Assembly: GCA_004431415.1 (NCBI GenBank)
Contig: QPMI01000157.1
Span: forward strand, 202,016 to 266,015
DNA length: 64,000 nucleotides
Reading direction: 5' to 3'
From: Cyanophora paradoxa CCMP329
Taxonomy: Eukaryota > Plantae > Glaucophyta
Below are positions 1 to 12,769 of this stretch, piece by piece. Position 1 is the first letter of the stretch. The number at the start of each line of letters is the position of its first letter. Made by a program: the position numbers and the translations under genes. The notes under the pieces are model-generated. The model had not been told where the DNA came from and made no database searches. It saw only the letters and a program-made list of their open reading frames with translations.

Positions 1-3000
1 GGGGGCCCTCGCGCCGGCCGACGAGCTGGGGCGGATGGGGCGCGGCCTGCGGCAGCCCGTGACCGCCGTGGCCCTCCTCTGCCGGGGGACCCAGATACGT
101 GCGCCCCCGCCCCGCCCTCCCCGCCCCCCGCCGGGACTCGAGCTCGCCGCGGCCGCTGCGCAGTGCTCGCCTCGGCGGACCGGACGCTCCGCCGGCACGC
201 CGCCGACACCGGGCAGCTCCTGTGCGCCCCGCCCCCGCCCCCGCCCCGCCGCCTCCGACCGGGCGGCCGGCAGCTCGGCCTACCGGGCCTTCCCGGGGAC
301 GTTGCCACCATCGCCGCCGACCACGAGCGCGTGCGCCGCCCTCGAGGGCCCGGCCCGGGCTCCTCTGTGCAAGTGGCCGGGCCGAGCGGGCGCCGCGCAG
401 CCGCTGGCGTTCAGCGGCGGCTCCGACGGGGCCGTCGCGCGGTGGGATCTCGAGGGCGAGGCCGCCGCCGCCGGCCGCGTCCTCGCCAGGCGCGCGCCGC
501 CCCTCCTCCCGCCTTCTCTAATTTTGAGTCCGCGTACCCCCAGGCACGACGGCCCCGTCCTCTGCGTGGCGTACGCCCCCGGTCTTGGAGCCGTCCTCTC
601 CGGCAGCCGCGACGGAACCCTGCGCGCCTGGGACGAAGCGAGCGGTACCCCCCTCCTCTGCCTCGACCGCTCGCACGGTACCCCTCCACCGCCCCCCTCC
701 CTCCTCCGCCATCCGCTGCCGGCGGCGACGCTGGCCGCTGCAGGCGTCACGGGGCCCGTCACGTCCGTCGCTCCCCCCCCTCCGGGGTACGACAGCTTCG
801 CGTTCGCCTGCGGGGACCTCGACCCCACCGGCAAGGGTGCGCCCCCTCTCCCCGCTCCCCTCCTCCCCTCTCCCCCCGTACCCCCTTGCCCGATCGCGAT
901 ACGCTCGTACCCCGGCGGCGGGCAGAGCACTTCGCCTTCGTGCGGGGCCTCTCCGACGCGGGCCGGCGCTGGCGCATCCCGGACCGCGCGTGGGCCCTCG
1001 CCCTCGGCCCCGACCTCGCCCACGTGTACGCCCCCCGCGCTCCCCCCCGCGCCCCGCGCGGGCCGGGACACGAGCCTCACCCTCCCCCCCGCCTCCCGGG
1101 CAGGTACCTGGGGCACCAGGGCGGCGACGTGACGGCGTGGGACGTCGCCGCCGCCCGCCAGACCGCCCGCCTCCCCGCGCACGCCCCCAAGCAGGCCCGC
1201 CCCGCCCCGCCCCCGCCCTCCGATCCGCACGCGTACCCCCACCGGAGCCGACGGCCCCGGGGCAGGTCTCTCGGCTGGAGGTCCACGGCGCGGCGCTCGT
1301 CTCGGCGGGGAACGACAGCCGCGTGCTGCTGTACCCCCTTCCCGAGGCGGGCGCCCCGGCCCCCGCCCCGGAGCGGGTCTCCACGAGCCACAGCGGGGCC
1401 GTCAACGGCTTCGCCCTGCGGCCCTCCGACGGCGCCCTCTTCACCGCGGGGTACGACCACCAGGTCTGCCCGCACCCCCCTCTTCTTCCCCCCCCCCCTC
1501 CCCGGGCTCCGATCCGGCCCGCCCCCTCAGGTCCACCGCCTCGACGGGTTCGCGTCCAAGGGCGGACCCTCCGCGCCCGCCGCCGTTCTCGTGCCCCCCG
1601 CCCCGACGTCCCCCCTCGCCCTCCTCCTCCACCTCGTCCTCCTCCTCGCGTGCGGGCGCACTCTCGCCAGCCCCCTTCCCCCGTCTCTTAGGGGTACGCA
1701 GAGAGCACTTCCAGGCCCTCAAGTTCATCGTTGACAACATGGAGGTGCGGCGCCGCGTACCCCCAAGCCGCCTCCCCGGCCCCCACCCCCGCTCCCTTTC
1801 GAGCCGCCGCGCAGGTTTACAACTACCGTCAGGGCCTGCGGTGCCCCCTCACGGGGGCCATCTCGGTACCCCCCGCGCACCCTCCCCCCCCGGGGGCGGG
1901 GGGCGAGGGGGCGGCAGATCAACGTGGTGGAGCCGCTGGGCCCTCTCACGGGCTTCTCCGTCCGGGGGCTCACCCCCAACGTCGCCCCCTACTGGCTCAG
2001 GCCCGCCCCGCCCCCGCCCCCCCTACCAGGCCGCGTGGAGCGAGCCGCGCGCGCAGCACGTGCTTCATGGTCGCCTTCGTCGGCGTCATGCTCGCCTGCT
2101 TCAAGGCCCGCCCCGTCCCGCCCCGTCGGCCTCGCCGGCGCCTCAGGGTGTGCGGGGCAGGGGCTCTACGGGCTGGTGCTGATGCGGGCGGCGCGCGACC
2201 GCCTCGGCGCCTTCCTCCGCGCCCTCCTCGAGAATGGTGCGCATGCGCCGGCCAGGGCCGAAGCGGGGGCCGCCCGCGCGAGCCCCGGAGCTCTCGGAGC
2301 CTCCAAGCAGCGGGCGCGGCTCACGGTGAGCCGGGGCGGGGGGGCGCGGGGGCGCAGGCCTCTGGTTCTCGTCGATGATCCTCTCCACGTCGGCCGTCGA
2401 GCAGGCGCCCCGCCCCGCCCCGCCCCGCCCCGCCCCGCCCCGCCCTCTCCTGACGTCGGGGGCCCCTCTCGCCAGGTGGCGCGGGCCTTCGGGTGCGTGG
2501 AGGGGGAGTACAGCCCGGGGGTACCCTGCTGGACGGGCCCCCACTGGCCGGTGCCCCCTCTCCCACCGCCTCCCCCTCCGCTCCGCATCCTCCACGCCGA
2601 CGCCAGCCCCGGGGGCGGGGCGCGCAGTACGTGCTTGTGGGGCCCCTCGCCGCCGTCCCCTTCGTCGCCATGTGCCTTCGGTGCGCCCCCGACCCCGCCG
2701 CCCGTGCGCGAGGCCCCAGCCGACGTCTGGCGGCCCTGAGGCCTCCCCTCGAGCGCCGGCTCCGGATCCGGCGCCGGCGTCGGCCCGAAGCCTGAGACCT
2801 GACCCCGTCCCCGCGCGCAGGCTGGTGGCGGTGGAGGGCCGCCTCATGAACTACGGCTTCCACCTCCTCTACTGGGGGGTCCGCCCCGCCCCGGCCCCGG
2901 CCCCGCCTCCCCCCGCTCCTCCTTGGGCCACGCGGATCGCGCGCATACATCGCTGTTGATTAGATCCTATAGATCGGACGCACTTGGAATCCAACGCTTG

Positions 3001-3787
3001 GAAACCATTAAATGCCCTCGCTAGAATCCGCGCTCCTCTCCTCACGGCGGGGGCAGAACGACAACACGGCGGCGGTGCTGATCAACGTGCACCCGTTCTC
3101 GCGGCGCTCGGCCGGCTACGAGCGCCTGCGGCTCGCCCTCGCCCTCGCCTTCGGCGTCTGCACCGCCGTCATCCGCGACCGCCCCGTCGCCTCCGCCCTC
3201 TTCCAGGTCCGCCCCGCCAGCGCCGCGCGGGGCCCGGGGCCCAACGTCTGACCGCTGCCGCGCAGATGGTGTTCTGCCTGCTGCAGCTCGCCTCGGTGGC
3301 CGTGTGGCGCCCCTTCTACAACCCCCACGTCAACGCCCTCCGTGCGCCCCGCCCCACCCCGCCCCGCGCGCCCCGCCCCGCCCCGCCCTTATCTCCTCGG
3401 GGGTGCGGGGCGGGGCGGGGCGGGGCAGGGGCCTTCATGTTTCTCGGGCTCGCCGCATCCCCCGCCGGCATCCTTGCCACCGAGTACTCCCCATCCCAGG
3501 CCCGCCCCCCGCCCCTTGAGCTTCTGGAGATCTCGCCTGACCGCGAGCGCGGCGGGGCGCAGGGGGCGGGCCGGGGCTTCGCGGCGGGGGCGACGGCGAT
3601 CCCGACGACGTGCTTGGCGGTCTCCGTGGGGCAGGCCGCCGTCGCCGCCGCCTTCCTCCTCTACGCCGCCGCCCGCCTCGCCGCCGCCGCCGCCTCCCGC
3701 CGCCGCCGCCGCGCCCATCTCCACTCCGCGCGCGTCGCCCCCGCCGCCCCGGGGCCGGGGTCGGCCGCCCCGCTGGAGGCCGCGTAG
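1..3787 (+). CDS. Host multi-exon gene (5' partial): WD40-repeat N-terminus and hydrophobic multi-TM C-terminus; boundaries approximate
   Basis: Exonic WD40 motifs SGGSDGAVARWD, HDGPVLCVAYAP..VLSGSRDGTLRAWD, LVSAGNDSRVLLY and HSGAVNGFALRPSDGALFTAGYDHQV are separated by short GC-rich introns. Later exons are hydrophobic. Stop TAG at 3785-3787. Confidence 0.65.
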
Positions 3788-3847
3788 GCATCCATCACGT
3801 ATCATAGCTATAGTATTCATTGCATCTTCTTTTTTTTTTTTGAGAGA

Positions 3848-3872
3848 CTACGGTGGGGCGAACCCCCCGTAG
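3848..3872 (-). other. 3'-terminal stem-loop of the LINE (UUCG loop), 6 nt from the poly(A)
   Basis: Minus strand CUACGG-GGGG-UUCG-CCCC-A-CCGUAG. Confidence 0.7.
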
Positions 3873-4989
3873 GTAGTGATATTAAAGACAACAAAGCAAT
3901 CACAAATCAAAGATACAGTAAACTAGCACAAAATATATACAGAATCAAGAGGGATCACGAGAAAGGACACGATCAGAAGAACGCAAAAGATAAGGAGAAC
4001 GAGCACGAGGAGAAGGAGTAGAAGAGCTCAAGGGCGTCGATGCAGAAGTACTAGTCACACTAGAACGACGAGGAGCACGGGGACGCAGCAAATAAGGAGA
4101 ACGAGCACGAGGAACTACAGTCGAAGACGAAGATCTTGACGAAGACGACAAGACAGAGCTAACAGCAGAACTAGAAGACGTAGTCGCAGGAGGCAAAGGC
4201 GGTAGAACAGTAGGAGAGGCGAAACGTAGGACACCACTAGAGGGGAAAGTCGAAGCTGGCGGAGTGTCTAAACGGAATCGAGATTGTAGAGTTGGTAAAA
4301 CAATGGACGGCTGAAGACTAATCTGAGGAACTGGGACGACACGAGGAAAGGGGCAGAGCTCGGGTGCAGACTCGGAATCGGCAGTATAAGAGGAGGGGCG
4401 AAACGCAAGCCAGTAGTGACAGGGAAGGCAGACGATGGGGCTGAACCAGGCGGGAGAGGCAAATATAGCGAAGTAGAAGAGAGAGAAGGGTACACACGAG
4501 GAACGTCACCATACACAAAATACTCGCTGCCAAAAACTATACGGTCTGACGGTCGCTGAAGATAAAGAGGCGGAACTGCCTGAGGGCTAACAGTGAGAGA
4601 TGGAGGAGGAAGAGGCAGAGCTAACGACAAAGGGAACGGAATCAAAGGTACAGGGAAGGCATGGAATACACGAGGAACTGGAAGGTGGAGGGGGCCAGTG
4701 CTCCTAACTAACATCGATGAAGCATCTGATGGAGGTGACGGCAAAACAACTGAGGGTAAACTAAGTTGAGGTGAAGCGAAGATTGATACAAGACTATCAT
4801 GAATCAAAGGGGGCCATGCAGGAACCGGCGGGCGAGGTGGATCTGGCGGGACAGCCAGAGGGGAAGCCGAAGGTACAGGAGAGGAAAGCCGCAGGCGCCG
4901 AGACACATGGACAGGGGACGGATCGGCATCGGGAGGCAAGGTTGAATTCGACGGAGACCGGGGGCGGCGGATTCGTGAAACGGAAGGTA

Positions 4990-5568
4990 TCAGAGAAGGA
5001 CTAGGGGGGGCAGGGAAGTACGGAGCCGCTGAGCAGGTGGCGACGGTGAGGGTGCAGGGGAGCGAATCCGTCGCAAAGTCGGAACAGGCTGACGGGGCTC
5101 GGCATATGTAGCCGCAGCTGCAGGAGCTGGAGCAAGCACTGGGGGTGCCGGATCCGGAGACTGGAGGCGGGGGCGCTGGGCAGGAGGCACAGGATCTGGA
5201 GGATTCTCTGAACTAGAGGGGGTTCGAGGTCGGCGAACGCCACGGGCGTTAGCAGGATGTTTATCAGCCCGAACATGACGGTCACGATCAGCAGAAGACT
5301 GAAAGTTCTTCCCACAAATAGGGCATATTAATGTGGAGGCAGAAGCGGCGCTAGCGCTAGCATCGGCAGACGAGCTCAAACGAGAACTCGAGGGAGCCGG
5401 GACCGAAGCTGTATCAGCGCTAGCAGATGGCCTCGCAAAGTGCTGAACTTGAGGATTCACGCCGACGCCATTAACTGTAGTAGCAGGCCTAGGGGTAGCG
5501 ACTGCAGGGGGGCCCGGGACCGCGACTGCTGGGGGGCCCGAGCGCTGTAGAGGGATAGCTCCGCGCAC
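4990..5568 (-). CDS. Possible extra LINE ORF with a C2H2 zinc finger and Pro/Ser-rich flanks
   Basis: CPICGKNFQSSADRDRHVRADKH in a frame overlapping the end of ORF2. Confidence 0.45.
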   Translation of the reverse strand: MRGAIPLQRSGPPAVAVPGPPAVATPRPATTVNGVGVNPQVQHFARPSASADTASVPAPSSSRLSSSADASASAASASTLICPICGKNFQSSADRDRHVRADKHPANARGVRRPRTPSSSENPPDPVPPAQRPRLQSPDPAPPVLAPAPAAAATYAEPRQPVPTLRRIRSPAPSPSPPAQRLRTSLPPLVLL

Positions 5569-8500
5569 AGAAAAGAAGCTCGCATCAAAAATAGATTGAG
5601 GGGGCTAGGGCGGTCACGTGACTCAGGGTTTGAACCATCGTAATCAGAGCCCTCCCCTAAATGCCGTAAACGAAGAAGCTCAATGCGCTCGACAGCAGGA
5701 GGCAACGTAATCTCGAGAATATCCAGAAAACGTTTCCACAGGTTTAGCAGAGCATTAACGGAGTACACTGGTACCCGCTCAGCAAGTAAATTATCGGGTG
5801 AGAGATATGCACGGGACAGCTGAAAAATTGCGTAAATGCCCGCCAAAATATAACCGAGATACCGAACACAGAAATCGGCATCCACAGAAGATGTGATCAA
5901 TGTCCCCGCAACACCGGGAACTTGTGGATCTAGAATAGCGGAGAACGTAATAGGAGGCAATGGTAAAGAGGGCTGCACGTCCTCGGGCAAAGCCTCTGCT
6001 AAGGATGTGAGCTCAGCATGCATGGCCCGCCAAAAACCCTGCACCACAGGGCAATCAAAGAAAACGTGCCGCACTGAACGATGCTGCCCATCATTACAAG
6101 CGCGGCAAAAAATAGCCGCGACCGGCGGCCGTTGTAAAGATGGGAAAGCCTTATATCGGAGACGGAAGAGGACATCGAGCCACAGCATAGGAAAGGCACG
6201 AAGGGCGACGAGCTGAGACACGCGATTAAGAGGGAGATCCAGACCCCAGTGTTCTGAAGGCATCTTAGCCCTACTCCGCACCCGCCACAGTCGCTGTACC
6301 TCGAGCTGGTAAAAGCGCCGAACAGAAAAGCCCTGAAGCGTGAGCATCTTATCGAATGTGAAAGCAAAATTGCTGTAGGAAAGCGTAGCTGTCGAACCCG
6401 TGCCAAGCGAAACCAGAATTGGACGCGAACCTCTGCGCAAAGAAATAAAATACTGGGAGGAGAGCACATGAAGCGGCAAGAGGCCAGCTGGTACGCCAGG
6501 GTACAAGAGCGGATCTGGAGGGCGGCCACGGGGCCACGGGACGAAATCCAACACCCGTGGGACAATCTCACCTTCAAAAAGAGGGAAGGCCACAAAAAAG
6601 CCCGAGGGACCCCTCAGATACACATATTTATCATCTTTCGATTTATACCATAAGAAACGTTCCGGTACGGCATTAGCAGTAAGCGTTGTAAGCCAACTGG
6701 ATGGCAGGGCACGACAAATTTGATCAAAGGCAGCAGTATAATCAACTAGCATTGCAGGGGGAGCACGAAATCGGTGCAACTGTACATCCCAAATGTCAGC
6801 GACGCGCTGTACACCGGCTCTCGCAAACTCAGTATGTGTCTGTGCTGCAATGTCACTAGGAAGAACATATAAAGGATTAAGAAAAATAGGCTGGGTCAAA
6901 ATTTGATGCACGGTTGTAGGAGATGCAACGGCTTGACGATCTCGCCACGCCTCAAACAGCATCTGCCAAAGCGGTGGCAAATGCAATCTTGGCAAGATGG
7001 CAGACACATCAAGCCCCAAAATGACATTAGCATAAGAGAATGGAGCCAACTGACGGTCTATTTGGTATTGAATATATTCCTTCCAAGGAGCTGAACAGGC
7101 CGGGTCGTTAAGGAAGGCAAGCCATTTAGATTTTAAAGCCAGCGAAAACGTAACAATATCTGGGCAATTTAATCCACCGTCTTTAAACGGAAGCGCCGTA
7201 ACATATGTAGATACGGAGCCGCGTACACCCGAAAAGTTGCGGATTAAATTACTCCAAGCTTTATAACGATCACCTCCCGGTTCTAAAATATACAGCGGAT
7301 AATGTAGTGATCCCACAATAGCAGCCCACGCAAGTAAAACACCAGAGCGTAGAGGCATCCGATTCCGGTTAACTGACTGTGCGCGCAGAACGAGAGCAGC
7401 AGTCTTTTTATTCCAAAACCGGTCATGCACTAGCTCCAGAGGGAACCCGAGATATTTGGCGATCTTGGCATCTGCGGAAATCTCAGAAGGATCAACCTTC
7501 ATACGCTCAAAAGGACAATCAGGTGGAAGAGATAAATTTGAGTGCATGGGTAGTATATGCGATTTTTCGAGATTAATTTTCGCCCCTGTTAACCGTTGAA
7601 ATTTCTTAATGAGAGCGTCCCAAATGGGGAATTCCGCAAAGGAGGCAATAAGGGGAACAGTATCATCAGCAAACTGGAGGACCTTGCATATGGACCGCCC
7701 AGAAATTTGCACCCCGCGTATACGGGGTTCAGTATCGATTAACATGATTAATAGATGCGCACACAAATTATATAGATATGGCGATAGAGGACCACCCTGC
7801 CGGACTCCGCACCGGATGGGAAACCGAGGCGTTGTCCAGCCATTAATATGGATCATCCCCGACAGATCAGAATACAAAAGACGGACCCAGTCAGTAAAGT
7901 ATGACCCAAATCCATATTGATTCAAGGTCCAGAAAAGAAACTCCCAATTCACCCGATCATAGGCTTTGGAGAAATCAAGGAACCCCAAACAAAGTTCCTC
8001 GAGATCGGGATTATCCCCTCATAATACATCAATAAATATACGAGCATAAATTGATGCACCGCAGAACGTTTGGTGATAAAACCCGACTGATATTTTGATA
8101 TTAAGCGGGGCATGATAGGGGTCAAGCGGTTAGATAATGCCCGCTCGACTGCTCGCTCCTCTACATTCGATAGAGCGATAGGCCGACGGTTAGTGACCAA
8201 AGTCGCATCCGTACCAGGTTTCGGAATTGGGACAATGAGGATATCTCGTAGCGAGCCAGGGCCGCCTTCCGATTATGCATAGCCTTAAGGTATTCCATAA
8301 AATCTGGACCAATGTCGCCCCAGAAAGTACTATAAAATTCAGGTACTAAACCATCAAGTCCAGGGGATTTTCTAAGCCCAGATATATCCTTAAACGATTG
8401 CAACAATTCATAGGCGGCCAGTGGGGTATCGAGATCCACGGCCTCCCGCGGAATGAGTTTATAAGGCGCATACAGTGACGCACATTCAGCCCGTTCATCA

Positions 8501-9902
8501 CGATGCGCCGCCACCACACTTTGAGCTTGCTGACCATCGTATAAATCAGCGAAATGAGCTGCCGACAACGTCATAAGCACAAAGGGATTATCAGAAGCAT
8601 AAGAGGGATCCGGGGTGTTGGCCGGCCGGAGTTTATTCTCACATCCGGTCTCCTGCTCAGCAGTTCCGAAATAATGAGTGAAAAACTCCCGCCTCGATGT
8701 GGCCTCGTTCTGACTTGAGAATAGCGAGTCAGCTTGAACGGCAGCCCTACACACTTGAGGCATGCGCTCCCGCAGCTCTCTATAAAGAGCAGAGCGGCCA
8801 CTCAAGAAACTGTCCCGTAAGATCTCGCCCTGCGAATAGGCGGTGATGAGACGTTCGAGACGTTTCATGGCAGACCAGTAAGCCGACTTATTCTTGCGCC
8901 GCTCAGTCGACTCCCACGCAGAGAGAGCAGTCTGTAGATACCGTTTAAGAGCTTCGAAGCGAAGAATAGAATCGGATGCAGGCGAAGGCCACTCAGCACG
9001 CCACATCTGAAAAACCTTCCGAATTTCAGCGAGATACGCTGGGTTCTTCCCATAAAGGTCCCATCGCATCTTCCAGCGACCCGGCCCACGCTGATGAACT
9101 GGAGGGGACAGCGTGAGTTGAATTCCAATGTGATCAGAAAGAGGCCTATCAAGATGTCTGGAAGTGTATTTCATCCATGGGACGAGCACTGGGTTCCATG
9201 CGAGTAGGGATTGAGAGACAAAGAAATAATCTAGACGAGATTCGACGGCCCCGAGGCTGCCTGGGCATTAGTCCGATAAAACGTTTTAAATCGATTAGAC
9301 CGGCGCTCATCCGTACAAAGCGATGCAACATCCTGGAGTTGATATTGCGAGCAAACCGCTTCAAAGGATGCAGGGGGCGACACCCGCCCCGAAGTACTGT
9401 TCGCGTCAGAAGGCAAAAGGTGAAAGTTAAAATCACCACATAAGATTAAATGGGACCCCACAGGAACGACCGACTCCAGAGTATGACACAATGTCTCGTA
9501 GAAGCCTAACCGTTCAGCATCCTGAACAGGTGCGTAAATGTTGCACAGGTAAATATTTACAGTTCCAGAGCGCAACAGGAACAGCTGCAGCCGGGAACTC
9601 TGTGCAGGAGCTAGCGAGGTAATGCTAAATCGCTTATTAGGGAAGAGAGTAGCTACACCTTGACTGGCAACTTCTGGATTGAAAGCCCAGTACGAAGGGG
9701 TAGCCCCCCACTTGCCTTTCAGAAAAGCAGCGTCTACTTTACTCGATACGTGAGTTTCCTGTAAACAAACTATGGATTTGCGAGACTGTTCACGAGCACA
9801 CTTAAGGAGATAATCAACGTGGTGCATACCAAGTGAAGCACAGAAGCTTGTGTCTCCTACTAATTTCCCTGCAACGTTCAGGGAGACAATATTGATGGCC
9901 AT
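5457..9902 (-). CDS. LINE ORF2: APE endonuclease-reverse transcriptase-zf-RVT, split over ORFs 9231-9902, 8161-9189, 7949-8200 and 5457-7988 by frameshifts
   Basis: Endonuclease motifs SLNVAG, CLQETH, GVATL, NIYAP, CGDFN, SDH. RT motifs KSPGLDGLVPEFY, RPIALSN, QSGFI, LDFSKAYDRV, GVRQGGPLSPYLY, QFADD, KYLG. C-terminal CRAC..HVFFDCP. Confidence 0.92.
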
Positions 9903-10377
9903 AGTATGATCACGGTGGTTTAAAGAATCCAGAGAAAACTATGTACAAGCTTAAATTGAAGAAGGGCAAAATACGAGACGACCCTACTTGCCAGTGCCAG
10001 AACCGGCACAAGTGCCAGAACCGGCACCCCGAACGCGTGTTGGAATTGTACGGCCGGCGGCAGCGATCTGCATGTTCGTCATCTCCGTGGGCAGGCCAGC
10101 GGGCTGCGCTCAGAAACAAGGTGAGGGCGAGTTGAAAAAAGTAATAAGAGTGCCAATTTATGAGATGTCTATGCATCGTATTTAAACAGTAATCCAGTTT
10201 TAAAGCCCAGATCAGAACAATTGCAAGTTCAAGGTGCCGCAGCTGCAGCGCAGCCTTGGCATCATGCCGCAGCTGCAGTGCAGCTTTGGCAGTCCACAAC
10301 CCCAACTGCAGCGCAGCCGGGGGGCCACCAACTGTACACCCCTATTAGATCTGAACAAAAGAAAGAGCTCACCGGGT

Positions 10378-11551
10378 CTATAGCCATGTCCGAAGGGCCG
10401 CCAGCGGAGCCAGAGGGGCGGGAGGTGCGGCAGAGGCCTTCCCGGCCCGGGCTTGGAGAATGGCCTGAAGGGGAAGACAATGCGGTGGCAGGCTTGGAGA
10501 GCTGTCCGTCAGGCCCTGGCGGGGCGGAGAGCTCAAGGCCCATAGGACCAGTTGCCTCTGTCCAACGCGGGCCAGTTGCTGGGTAAGAATAAGTAAACTG
10601 ATCAGCTGCAGGCTTATCTGCAGCTGCGCTGGGCCAGCTGCGGCTGTCTCCTTGCGGGCCGCCTTCTGAGGCCGGGACGCTGAGGACGGAGTGGACGCGG
10701 CGGAGAGTTTGGAGGTATGAAATTCAGAGAGAGAGGGGTGATGGTCAGCTAGGGGATGAGGAAGGTGAGGCCGGCCTCCGCAACCATACAGGCGGCAGTC
10801 CCGCCAGCTGGCCGCCACACGAAGCTCAAGCCCGTCGCCAAAGGTAACCGTATTAGGAAGAGCAACTTGCACATCGAGCGGGGCAGCTCAGAGAGATAGA
10901 TCTTCATAATCCCGGCTGGCATGCCCCGCTGCTGATAATGAATGTGCCGGACTTTCAGGCCGCGCTGCGCCAGCCAATGGCGGATAGGGTCCTCATCGGG
11001 CCGATGCTGAAACTTCTCAAGCCAGATCCAGTGATCCTGGCCCTGCGGGCGCTGAAGCGGCGGCTGGCCAGGGTCAGGAGGCAGACCGCCCGCCGGCGGC
11101 GTCGGCTCACGGCCGACAATCCAAGCGGCCGCAAGAATGCCAAGGGCTGGAACGGCCAACTGGAGGCCAGCTGCACCGACCGATGTCAGGAACCGCTCAC
11201 AATGCGCAGTACTACTGAAGATCACAAGAAACCGCGACCCCAGCGCGCGACCGAATGCGCTGGCTCGCTGGTAAGAGCGCTCACACGCTCAGTGATCAGC
11301 TGCTGTAGCGCATCGAAGGCCGGCTGCGTGTAGAAGGTCCAAGCAGTCGGAGGAATGATGCTAGCATAACTGAAGGTTGGCGGATAGAGCTGGGCGACGG
11401 TCGCAACAGTAACAAGCGTGAGCACTGTCAATGGCACAGCGCTAGTCGGAAACAGCCGCTGCCACTCCGCCTGCAGCGGGGCAAGGTCGAAGTTGGCTGT
11501 CGCCCGGTTCTGCTCTGATCGCGGCATACGCTCAAGCTCGTCTAGAGCCAC
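10378..11551 (-). CDS. Probable LINE ORF1 (frameshifted; RRM-like segment and Cys/His cluster)
   Basis: Three overlapping minus-strand ORFs (11222-11551, 10749-11225, 10378-10872) lie upstream of ORF2. They include RRM-like DHWIWLEKF..IRHWLAQRGLKVRHIHY..IMKIYLS followed by DCRLYGCGGRPH. Confidence 0.55.
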
Positions 11552-12769
11552 AGATTACGATCCAGATGGTTGACGTGAGAGACGTGCACGCGTCTGGGCT
11601 AACAGACGCGCTCCCGCAGCGCGGGGGGGTACAATTCCCCCCAGTTGCTTTATATATATATAATTATAAATTATGTCGTATTGCTTAAACTTCGAGTTCT
11701 TCCGATTCTATATATTCTAGTTCTGACTCTCATTTGAGTTAGCTTGTCATGATCACCTCCAATATTGATTCCGGGATGCCGCGGACTCCGGATCCGGGAC
11801 GCACGCTGGAGGAAGGGGCCGGGGCAGGTTTAGGGTGCGAGAAGGGTGCGAAATCGCAGAGAAGGACAGCTCGCGCAGCCGCCGGGCCTGCCGCAGTGCA
11901 GAGCTTCCGCCCCGTCGATCGCAGATCTCGAGAAGGCCCCCGCCTGCAGACAGCGCTCATGATCAGCCGCCTGCAGAGAGCTTCCGCCCCGTCGCGCATT
12001 TGTCTCCGCCGTTCCGGTTCATCATAATCAATATCCTGTCAGCGTGCTGACGAGATACTCGCTATATAGCTAAGCCTGACTCTCATGATCATGATCAGTG
12101 ATACAGCTCGGGATCCAGGAGCTCGAGGCCTATGCCATGATGCAAATGGGGAATCGATTCTATGGGAAATTGAGGCCTTGAATATTAGTTGAATTCCGCA
12201 CCGCCCATGGCCACTGTACATGTACGTCCATTTTAACGTCAAGGTGAAGAATTCGAACGAATCTTAGTCAAGACCTAGGTGCCGGGGTTGGCGCCCTGGC
12301 GCCCTCGCCCCGCGCGATTTGAATTCGCACTGCAGCTGTGCGTACACATGATACGTGATTCGAAATTTGGAATTCCAAACCTTGGGGTCAAAAGGATCGA
12401 ATGGGCCGGGCTCCGGAGCCAGCACATATGAAACTAAAGCCGTACGCGTGCCTCTACTTATTAGACTAAAGACTAAATCAAAGCAACATAAATCACGATG
12501 GTCATCACGGGTCAAAGCGTCGAAAACGTTACCATCTAGACACTAACTGTGCTCTACCTGTAACCAGGGGGCTCGACACAAGGGGCTGTGCACGTGCCGC
12601 GACCGCGGTTTGAGATCAATTACCAACCTACATCTATAGCTAGCTACCAATCGCGAGCAGGGATCTGTACATCCATGGGCGATTAATATTTCCGCAGCAC
12701 GTAGCCCATGGCCACGTGCACCGTATAAAACTATAGAGAGCGCGGGCTCAAGAGTTAGATGGTGTCCGA

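Larger units (their letters stand above)
3830..11650 (-). mobile_element. Non-LTR retrotransposon (LINE, L1/Tx1-like), near full length
   Basis: Composition shift relative to flanks; T12 at 3830-3841 is a poly(A) tail on the minus strand; APE endonuclease + RT + zf-RVT ORF2 with an upstream ORF1. The 5' end is approximate and no TSD was found. Confidence 0.9.

Noticed and set aside
11600-11720. TSD for the LINE
   Set aside because: The 3' flank (ATTCATTGCATCTTC) is not repeated near the 5' end, so the boundary is left approximate.
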